A DNA stretch of 62,872 nt, the filler included, from Octopus bimaculoides (Eukaryota), in the NCBI RefSeq assembly GCF_001194135.2. It is 4 parts of 3 records of this genome, joined end to end, with 100 filler letters (N's around TTAATTAATTAA, not from the genome) between each part and the next. Parts side by side here need not be neighbours in the genome. Positions count along the whole stretch, not along the records: positions 31,350 to 56,231 come from NC_068981.1; positions 56,332 to 62,872 come from NC_068997.1; 2 more parts are not named here. One strand, written 5' to 3'. The notes beneath the pieces are model-generated. The model did no database searches. It had not been told where the DNA came from and saw nothing but the letters and a program-made list of their open reading frames with translations. How positions within the stretch are numbered: the stretch's first letter is position 1; every line of letters begins with the position of its first letter. Below are positions 52,551 to 62,872 of this stretch, in pieces. Position numbers and translations under genes: made by a program.

Positions 52551-53034
52551 TTGCTTAACATACATACATACATACATACATACATACATACATACATACA
52601 TACATACATACCGAAGGCCAAAGAGATAGCAACCCACAGTAAGGTAGAGGCCATAGCCAAACATTTAAGAGAGCAGTGGTAGCATGTCTCTGTGAAAACC
52701 CCAATAAAATGTAAACATAATAGACGAGATATAGTGAATTTGAACAGAGGAGAGAAACTATTTGTAGCAGTTGAAATCAGTTGCACAGCGGATGTCAACA
52801 TAAAGCTATGAAGCCCTGCAAAAATGAAAGCGCCTACGCTGAAGTATTGATACATACGACACGCGTATATAATCATACAATTATAAAGGTAAAATATAAT
52901 ATACAGAAAAAATATATAAAGCAATAAAATATATATAAGACATATATAAGAAACGTTAAGACATATGAAAGCCTTGTACGTGGACATAATATAAAAGGCA
53001 AGTTCTATCTGTGATCTTGGGGGGATGGGGGGGG

Positions 53035-54165
53035 GGGGCAAAAACGTAACAAATGTTTTGCCACATGTAGACATGACCCAAAAAGTTCAGTTCTTGAATT
53101 TTGACATGTAGCGGGATCTAAAGAACTTTTCCAGATGAGCCATCTTTCCATATCGCAAAGACCGCACTTTCCACTGCCGTTGGTGTATTACTTACACTTG
53201 GCCAAGATCTTCTAGTGAATCTTATAGCTGACACCATTTTCTTTTAAGGACCATATATAACTGGATAATTTGGTTGTTTTCTATTTATCCCAGTGTCTGA
53301 AGCTTAACGTGTGATTGTTGAACCTGGCTTTAAAATTTCCCTCTGTGAGACCCACATAGTTCTATTATCTAGTGGTTGTAGAGTCTACGGTGGCTTCATA
53401 AATGATGGCCTCGGTCATACAAGCTCCATTTAGCGGGCACAATTTTTTAACTCTGCAGGAACAGCCGGCTTAATTTTGTTGTTTTTGTATGTTGTGTGCA
53501 ATTAAATTTTTAAAGTTAGCAGTAGAACTAAAACTAATTTTTAAATTGTGCCTATTAAAGAGCTTCCTATAATTATGATTGATTGGAAGATACCGATCTA
53601 TAAGTGATAAGAAATATCTACCTATATTAAAGGTCACTTCGGGGGAGTAAGGTGGTGTGAACCAGATAATTTTCCTATTCCTATTTTTCCTTTTATTTAT
53701 TTCTGGACTAATAACAGGTGTATAGGTTATTTCCTCGCTAAAACAACTATAGGTTATTTCCTCGCTAAAACAACTATAGGTTATTTCCTCGCTAAAACAA
53801 CTATAGGTTATTTCCTCGCTAAAACACTATTAAAAATGTTTATATCGGAGGAGAGGCTAGAAATTCTCTTGCTAATGTTTTTAACTAAATTCTTAAACAC
53901 TATGGGGGGATGGCAGGAACCTACATTAACATAACTAATGCTATCGTTGGGCTTTCTATAGGGTGGGTAAATATTCTTATTTAAATCTAAAGAAACATCT
54001 AGGAAATTGACATCAGTCAGGCTGGTATCAATCCTTATGTTAAGATCGAATGTTTTCATCATTTGGATAACGTCCTTTCTAAACCGATCTTGCGCTGGTC
54101 CATTGGTGTTTGTGGTTAAAGCCAGAACATCATCTTCGTAAATGGCGAAATATACACCATGAAAA
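53035..54165 (-). pseudogene. Second Penelope-like element (distinct clade, Neptune-like): RT C-terminus, Cys-rich linker, GIY-YIG
   Basis: IYEDDVL; NFLDVSLDL..YRKPN..YV...HPP; IIWFTPPYS; CSCRVKKLCPLNGAC; IIYEATV...YVGLTEGNFKARFNNH; CGLC. Confidence 0.85.
53721..53826. repeat. 27-bp tandem repeat, about 4 copies, inside the PLE ORF
   Basis: Unit tataggttatttcctcgctaaaacaac. Confidence 0.95.
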
Positions 54166-54171
54166 ATATTA

Positions 54172-54218
<47 letters not shown>

Positions 54219-55862
54219 NNNNNNNNNNNNNNNNNNNNNNNNNNNNNNNNNNNNNNNNNNNNNNNNNNNNNNNNNNNNNNNNNNNNNNNNNNNNNNNNNN
54301 NNNNNNNNNNNNNNNNNNNNNNNNNNNNNNNNNNNNNNNNNNNNNNNNNNNNNNNNNNNNNNNNNNNNNNNNNNNNNNNNNNNNNNNNNTATATATATGC
54401 CTGAATTGGACTGTGCTGAGAAGATTTACCAATCGCAGAAATGATAAACCTTAAGTTGGGAATGAGAGAGAAGTTACAGCATTTGCAACTTCGTTGCGTT
54501 AGTCCGGGACTTTGGGAGTTGAAGTTAATAACTGGTTCATTGAGTTCAAAGTAGAAAGTGTCACTGGTACGATGGAGTATAAAAACAATGTGTTGCGTAT
54601 ATTAGAGTGTTTTGTCACTTGCCTGAATCCAGAAACTACTGGTAATTTAACCCAAATGACTGGTTGGAGATCTAGTTTTATACTAACTACTCTAGCCATT
54701 CCTAAACGAGTTTCAAAACCTTTCTGTTAGGCTTTCTCCTTTTTCCTCTCTCACACAACATACATGACCTTAAAAATGCCAATGTTTAACACCATCGAAA
54801 TATTTAGAAATCGCTTATCTCCACAGACATGTAGCAAGGTGGTGTTGGTGGGGGTAGGGAGATATCCTTGGAAAGAAAACGATATGATTACAATGAAAAA
54901 AAGTCTAGGCATACCTTTGTACATTGGCCACACTAAAATATGTCCATCTTTAAAATAACAGTAGAACCTTCAAATCCCTTGCGAAAATATATCTTCAAGT
55001 CTTGTTGAATCTTTTTACACATCACACTCCAGCACAAAAGCGACCAGTCCTGACGGTATGACTTCCATACCTGTCGAATCGCCTTGTCCAGATAGAGTTC
55101 TTGTCTTTGTAAAAAAGTTTCACCTTTCTCTATCAACAGAGACTTCAGACTTTAGAATACACTACATGGTTTTCTGATTCCAAGAATTCCGGTATCTCTG
55201 ATTTTGTTAATTAACGCTTTCACATTCTTCCAACATCTAAAATTTGATGGAATTGTTTGTAAACATTCACCTCCTTTATCGCCATGAGTCACCTATTCTC
55301 CTCTGTAATCACCTATAAGGCATCCTCTAAATCCCAAAGTGATCACTTGTACGGCATCCACATAACCCCTAAATGAACACCAACACAGCAACCACATAAT
55401 CAGATATATTTGAGACTTGACCCTCAATGTCACTCAGCAGTGGTTCCTCACTCTTAAATGTAACACTTCACAACACTTTTGATTTTCAACTTGGCTTGCT
55501 CCTTCTATCCGTCTCAGATTTCTCTGATGAGAAGATTCCTTTCAGGAAACAATAGTATATAGCTTGCATTAGGTTTCTCCTAGACTCACACAATTACACC
55601 CATAGGATTAAAAACTGGTACTCGCACCCACCACACTTTATCTGCAGACTCTGAACTTTAGAAATTCAAAAATTAACACCAACCACATTTATCTCACCTA
55701 ACTAGGAAAACCCGGAGAAAACTCATTGTACACTGGTCATATTGTAACTACTTTTTTCTATTACAGTTTAAAAGATATCATCATACAACGTTCATTCTGT
55801 TCTGTCACGGGAGGGCTATTGTACCAATAATAAACGTGCACTTGATCTATTTCACTCCTTTA

Positions 55863-55913
<51 letters not shown>

Positions 55914-56174
55914 GTAGTTTTATTTTTATAATGTGCTTTCACTTCACTACCGAGCGCAGCTGTGTGTGCCTTGGGTATGTGCTGTGGTTTGCTGTGGTGC
56001 TCTTATGGTTACTGTATTGAAAGTGTTTGCGTAGGATGTGTGCAGTGCCCAGCAGTGCAATTTTCTGTATGTTATATATATTTGTAAGTCCTGGTGTTTT
56101 TGCTTTGTATTTGTCTGAATATTTCTTATTATACATAAGGCGCATACTATGATAGGAATTGTTTCTGTTTTTAG
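55914..56174 (-). mobile_element. R4/Dong-like non-LTR 3' end in an (ATT)n array
   Basis: Encodes TIPIIVCAL...PGLTNIYNIQKIALLGTAHILRK; (ATT)n on both sides. Confidence 0.7.
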
Positions 56175-56178
56175 ATTA

Positions 56179-56231
<53 letters not shown>

Positions 56232-56372
56232 NNNNNNNNNNNNNNNNNNNNNNNNNNNNNNNNNNNNNNNNNNNNTTAATTAATTAANNNNNNNNNNNNN
56301 NNNNNNNNNNNNNNNNNNNNNNNNNNNNNNNACACACACACACACACATGTAGATGTATGTGTGTATGTGTT

Positions 56373-56572
56373 CTATTCTTTTATTTGTTTCAGTCATTTG
56401 ACTGCGGCCATGTTGGAGCACCGCCTTTAGTCGAACAAATCTACCCCAGGACTTATTCTTTGTAAGCCTAGTACTTATTCTATCGGAAATTTTTGCTGAA
56501 CCGTTAAGTTACAGGGACATAAACACATCAATATCGGTTGTCAAGCGATGTTCGGTGGGGGGGGGGACAAAC
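56373..56572 (-). mobile_element. SINE family A, 3' half
   Basis: tttcagtcatttgactgcggccatg...gtcaagcgatgt. Confidence 0.85.
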
Positions 56573-56744
56573 GAACAACCGAATATATACATGCATATAT
56601 ACATTCATACACACACACACACACACACATATATATATGCATATATATAGGATGACAGTCCATCGCCAACAATTGAGGGAACCCCACCACAAGACAGATA
56701 CCACTTAGTGGCCACCTAGATCTCTGTGCACAAAATAAGTACCC

Positions 56745-56945
56745 CAAATTCCTTGATCGTAAGATTGTGGTTTCGATTCCTGGACCGGGTGATGGCATTG
56801 TGTCCTTGAGCAAAACACTTCATTTCACGTTGCTTCAGTTCACTCACCTGGTAAAACTGAGGAACTCTGCAACAGACCGGCGTCCCGTCCAGGCGGGGAA
56901 TATATATGCCATGGAAAAGGGCAACCGGCCCTATGCTCTCTACGG
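56745..56945 (+). mobile_element. tRNA-headed SINE with a V-domain-like segment
   Basis: gtttcgattcc (B box), gtccttgagcaaaacactt, then gaccggcgtcccgtccagg. Confidence 0.6.
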
Positions 56946-58094
56946 CGGAATATGGATTAACCATTTTATTCACCACTCTAAGAATTCTGTCGACCTAATG
57001 CCAGTTTGTCTAAGTAGCTTTTCATTCTCTTAACATCGATAAAATAAGCATCAGTCAGAAAACGTGAGGGTCGTTTAAACTGACTATATCCCCTCCCCGC
57101 ACTTTCAAGGATTTGTGACGTTGTGCCTATGTTAAAAAAAAAAAGAAGCAATTGATCCTCACAAAATTACTTGGGGATTTTAAGAAAATTGCATGCACCA
57201 AAGATATGCACCAATGTCTTGGATGGAAAGGAATATAATGTTTTATCATATAGACATAAATCTATATAAAGTGACTGATAGTGGTGGTTGTGGAAGAACT
57301 CAAGTAGAACAATTCCAGTACTAAATAGGGATTTATTTTATTGACTCCGAGGAGATGAATGAACGAAATCGAATATATTCCCATTTGAACGTCGAACGTA
57401 AACGGACGTAACTAATTACACTCCAACGTATTTTTACCGGTGCTCTATCGATTGCGCCATTCCGTTAAAACATGCAGGAGTAAATTGTAACACCTTTTGC
57501 AAATTGCCTTAACGTTTTCGACATGAAGAAATTAAATTAATAATTGCAAAAATGTAATATTGAAAAAAGACTCGGAATGGAAGATGGTTGTCAGGTTTCA
57601 ACATCGTGTTAATAAAATGAATATTCACCAATTTCTGTTGGATATAAACACACACAAACACATACAAGCATATAAAAACAGTGAATATTTATTAGCAGAA
57701 TGTAGATATTACTTGGTATAGAGTGAGATATAATTTTAGTTATTTCATTAACTAAGTTCAAAGTTTCACTTATAGTCGACTCCGCCTCCCCCTCTGTCTT
57801 TCTTTCTCTCTGTATATATGTATGTGTGTGTGTATATGTATGTGCTTGTGTGTATATTTATATACACAGACACATATATCTATGTATATGAATGTGTATA
57901 TATTTGTATATATATGCATGTATATATATATATGTATATATATGCATGCATACACACATACACATATATGTATACCTAGGCGCACACACACATGTATATA
58001 TATATGCATATACATATAAATAGACACGCAGACATTTAAGGTGAAAAAGATAAAAGCAGTTACACCCGTCACATGCAAGACATACGCAGGCTTG

Positions 58095-58148
<54 letters not shown>

Positions 58149-59215
58149 CATCTACCTATCTAGAAGGAATGTTTGTATTTCTCTCTCGCTGTATATACAT
58201 GTGTGTTTATATGATGTAATATATGTATATATATATATATANNNNNNNNNNNNNNNNNNNNNNNNNNNNNNNNNNNNNNNNNNNNNNNNNNNNNNNNNNN
58301 NNNNNNNNNNNNNNNNNNNNNNNNNNNNNNNNNNNNNNNNNNNNNNNNNNNNNNNNNNNNNNNNNNNNNNNNNNNNNNNNNNNNNNNNNNNNNNNNNNNN
58401 NNNNNNNNNNNNNNNNNNNNNNNNNNNNNNNNNNNNNNNNNNNNNNNNNNNNNNNNNNNNNNNNNNNNNNNNNNNNNNNNNNNNNNNNNNNNNNNNNNNN
58501 NNNNNNNNNNNNNNNNNNNNNNNNNNNNNNNNNNNNNNNNNNNNNNNNNNNNNNNNNNNNNNNNNNNNNNNNNNNNNNNNNNNNNNNNNNNNNNNNNNNN
58601 NNNNNNNNNNNNNNNNNNNNNNNNNNNNNNNNNNNNNNNNNNNNNNNNNNNNNNNNNNNNNNNNNNNNNNNNNNNNNNNNNNNNNNNNNNNNNNNNNNNN
58701 NNNNNNNNNNNNNNNNNNNNNNNNNNNNNNNNNNNNNNNNNNNNNNNNNNNNNNNNNNNNNNNNNNNNNNNNNNNNNNNNNNNNNNNNNNNNNNNNNNNN
58801 NNNNNNNNNNNNNNNNNNNNNNNNNNNNNNNNNNNNNNNNNNNNNNNNNNNNNNNNNNNNNNNNNNNNNNNNNNNNNNNNNNNNNNNNNNNNNNNNNNNN
58901 NNNNNNNNNNNNNNNNNNNNNNNNNNNNNNNNNNNNNNNNNNNNNNNNNNNNNNNNNNNNNNNNNNNNNNNNNNNNNNNNNNNNNNNNNNNNNNNNNNNN
59001 NNNNNNNNNNNNNNNNNNNNNNNNNNNNNNNNNNNNNNNNNNNNNNNNNNNNNNNNNNNNNNNNNNNNNNNNNNNNNNNNNNNNNNNNNNNNNNNNNNNN
59101 NNNNNNNNNNNNNNNNNNNNNNNNNNNNNNNNNNNNNNNNNNNNNNNNNNNNNNNNNNNNNNNNNNNNNNNNNNNNNNNNNNNNNNNNNNNNNNNNNNNN
59201 NNNNNNNNNNNNNNN

Positions 59216-59216
<1 letters not shown>

Positions 59217-59313
<97 letters not shown>

Positions 59314-59332
59314 CATCATTATTATTATTATT
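59217..59332. repeat. (ATT)n microsatellite (a (GTT)n/(ATT)n tract also lies at 59656-59760)
   Basis: Direct inspection. Confidence 0.95.
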
Positions 59333-59654
59333 TTTCATTATTTGCTTTCCCCCATGTATTTTACAGTTGCTGTTTTGTTTCATTTATTTCTAATTTTCTT
59401 TCCCAATCATCCAACTCTTCAAACATCACATGCATCTTATCAATACGCATATTATTTTTCCTTTCATCGTTTCCCCTTATCTATTTAATTATTTCATTTA
59501 CCCATGGCTCTCTATGTCGATTTAATTGTTTAAAATGTTATTATCATTCTTGTTTACCAGAATCCTCATTCATTCTTTATTTCATTCACTTCCTTAGTCT
59601 TTCCCTCTCACCAATTTTCAAGGCCATGCTAGGACATCCCCATCATACATTACT

Positions 59655-59761
<107 letters not shown>

Positions 59762-59974
59762 CATTTTCTCTATCGTTTACTCTCCTGCTTTTTATCTCAT
59801 TTCCCGTCTATCGTACAAACTCATTTTTGCTTCTGGTTACACNNNNNNNNNNNNNNNNNNNNNNNNNNNNNNNNNNNNNNNNNNNNNNNNNNNNNNNNNN
59901 NNNNNNNNNNNNNNNNNNNNNNNNNNNNNNNNNNNNNNNNNNNNNNNNNNNNNNNNNNNNNNNNNNNNNNNNNN

Positions 59975-60027
<53 letters not shown>

Positions 60028-60378
60028 ACACACACATATATATATATACATATACACATACAAAAATACTATATTCAACTTTGTGTATGTATTATATATG
60101 GGTGTCTGTGTTTGCGTATGTATGTATGTGTGTTTGTGTATATATTTATGTATATCCCTATCTATCTATCTATCTATCTATGAAGATAGTGTAAAGTTAA
60201 TATATACATATATGCATATACATACATACATACAAATATATATATATAATGTGTATGTGTGTGTGTATGTGGATGTTTATATGTATATATGTATGTATCT
60301 ATCTACCTACTTGTATATGCATATAAATAGAAAGATAGCGTGTAGAATTTGTATATTTGTACACACCTGCACACACGC

Positions 60379-60418
<40 letters not shown>

Positions 60419-61583
60419 ACACACGCACAGATGTAGAGACAGACACATGCCTGCTTTTCTGTATTTTTCTCTTTCTCTGATTTCTTTGAATATTTTTTTA
60501 AAATTCCTTTAAACTGCATTTTTGTCTTTGTTTTTTTTTTTTTTGCTCTTCCGTCACCTATTAAGTTCTATAATCAATACAGCAAGTGTGTTACACAAAG
60601 AGTGGGAGAGAGAGAGAGAGANNNNNNNNNNNNNNNNNNNNNNNNNNNNNNNNNNNNNNNNNNNNNNNNNNNNNNNNNNNNNNNNNNNNNNNNNNNNNNN
60701 NNNNNNNNNNNNNNNNNNNNNNNNNNNNNNNNNNNNNNNNNNNNNNNNNNNNNNNNNNNNNNNNNNNNNNNNNNNNNNNNNNNNNNNNNNNNNNNNNNNN
60801 NNNNNNNNNNNNNNNNNNNNNNNNNNNNNNNNNNNNNNNNNNNNNNNNNNNNNNNNNNNNNNNNNNNNNNNNNNNNNNNNNNNNNNNNNNNNNNNNNNNN
60901 NNNNNNNNNNNNNNNNNNNNNNNNNNNNNNNNNNNNNNNNNNNNNNNNNNNNNNNNNNNNNNNNNNNNNNNNNNNNNNNNNNNNNNNNNNNNNNNNNNNN
61001 NNNNNNNNNNNNNNNNNNNNNNNNNNNNNNNNNNNNNNNNNNNNNNNNNNNNNNNNNNNNNNNNNNNNNNNNNNNNNNNNNNNNNNNNNNNNNNNNNNNN
61101 NNNNNNNNNNNNNNNNNNNNNNNNNNNNNNNNNNNNNNNNNNNNNNNNNNNNNNNNNNNNNNNNNNNNNNNNNNNNNNNNNNNNNNNNNNNNNNNNNNNN
61201 NNNNNNNNNNNNNNNNNNNNNNNNNNNNNNNNNNNNNNNNNNNNNNNNNNNNNNNNNNNNNNNNNNNNNNNNNNNNNNNNNNNNNNNNNNNNNNNNNNNN
61301 NNNNNNNNNNNNNNNNNNNNNNNNNNNNNNNNNNNNNNNNNNNNNNNNNNNNNNNNNNNNNNNNNNTGCATGTATGCGTGCATGTATGTACGTACGTAGG
61401 TATATATATGTAGTTAGATAGGTACGTGTGATTGGTTGTGTGGGGGTGGTCGCGGAGTGTATACTTCCAGAAAGGCGCGCGTGTGTGTGTGTGAGGGAGA
61501 GAGAGAGAGAGACGGCAACGAGGGAGTGAGGGAGGGAGAGGGAAAACGAAAGAAACAGAGAGACAGAGTGAGAGAGAGAGAGA

Positions 61584-61624
<41 letters not shown>

Positions 61625-62092
61625 TGGAGGTTGAATATGTAGGGGTATTTGGAGAGTAAGGGAAGAGGCAGGAATAAAGAGGAGAGCAAAAAAAAGGGAG
61701 AGTGAGAGTGGAAGGTGAAATAGAGAATAAGAGAAATGGTAAGGAAAAGGGAGAGAGAGAGAGAAATAGAAAGGGAGAAGAGGAGAGAGAGAGAGAGGAG
61801 AGAGAAAGGGAGAACGAGAGAGGGAGGGAGATAGAAAGACTAATAAATACAGAGAATGAAATAAAGAGAAAGTGAGCGAGTGTGTGTGTGTGTGTGTGAA
61901 AGAGTATTGAGAGAAAGGATTGGGGGTGAGGGTGAAATGAGAAAAAAGATATAATGAGATAATGAGAGGGTGTGAAAAAAAATGAGGTGTGGAGAGGTGG
62001 TGGTGGTGGGACAAATAACGTTTTGAACGGGTTTGACAATCAAATGGTTTCTGTGCAAAGTATTGTCACCTGCTATATTATATCACTTATTA

Positions 62093-62163
<71 letters not shown>

Positions 62164-62178
62164 ACATATATACACACG

Positions 62179-62212
<34 letters not shown>

Positions 62213-62229
62213 CATATACATATATATAT

Positions 62230-62272
<43 letters not shown>

Positions 62273-62574
62273 TGTATATATATTTATAAATATATAAGTA
62301 TATATACATAAACACGCACACACACACACACGCACACACACACACACATATATATATATNNNNNNNNNNNNNNNNNNNNNNNNNNNNNNNNNNNNNNNNN
62401 NNNNNNNNNNNNNNNNNNNNNNNNNNNNNNNNNNNNNNNNNNNNNNNNNNNNNNNNNNNGATATATATACATACATACATACATATATACTCATACGGAA
62501 ACACAGACAGACATACACATTTACATATACACAAACATGTTTACATTATTCTTTAACAAGAGTTGTATTGGTAG

Positions 62575-62632
62575 TGACTTCAAAGTTTCGGACTATCCGA
62601 TGAGGGATAAGCAGGCCGAAACTTTGAAGTCA
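62575..62632. repeat. Perfect 17-bp inverted repeat with a 24-nt spacer
   Basis: tgacttcaaagtttcgg / ccgaaactttgaagtca. Confidence 0.9.
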
Positions 62633-62872
62633 AACTATTCTTGCTAAAACATAACATGTACTCTACAAAACGTATTGAGTAATTCAGTTTAAAAATTAAA
62701 ATGTAAAATTGATTTTATTGTAACTCGACATGAAAAACAAAGATGCCTACTGGCAAATTTTTTCCGTCTTATGTGGGTAAACAACCAATCTTTCTCTAGA
62801 ATTCGAAATGTACCTTCTTGTCTGTAAACACCAACACATTCAACGCTTCAAAAGTTTACATATAATATATAT

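Noticed and set aside
55524-55560. CTGATGA...GAAACAATAGTA
   Set aside because: No stem I, and two extra nucleotides before GAAA; counted only as a weak relic.

Overview
AT-rich, microsatellite-dense eukaryotic DNA from a gapped short-read assembly. The SINE families resemble those I know from octopus/cephalopod genomes, but that taxon call is an inference. No intact protein-coding gene is supported: nearly all ORF-track entries are translations of (TA)n/(CA)n/(GA)n/(ATT)n/(GAT)n repeats or N runs. The window is mostly mobile-element debris: several tRNA-headed SINE families, two Penelope-like element (PLE) RT/GIY-YIG remnants, a nearly full mariner plus fragments, a hAT/Buster-like and a Chapaev3-like transposase remnant, hAT MITEs, and R4/Dong-like 3' ends sitting in (TAA)n arrays. 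Best leads: (1) a dispersed set of hammerhead-ribozyme-like motifs, including one structurally complete type I fold (2092-2170) and minimal palindromic-stem-III variants; (2) a PLE 3' end made of a tRNA-like Pol III cassette fused to a hammerhead motif, which also occurs as a stand-alone copy; (3) an 819-bp palindrome with a perfect 59-bp core; (4) smaller hairpins and a head-to-head SINE pair; (5) a possible first exon and a CCAAT/CRE cluster. All alignments were done by eye.
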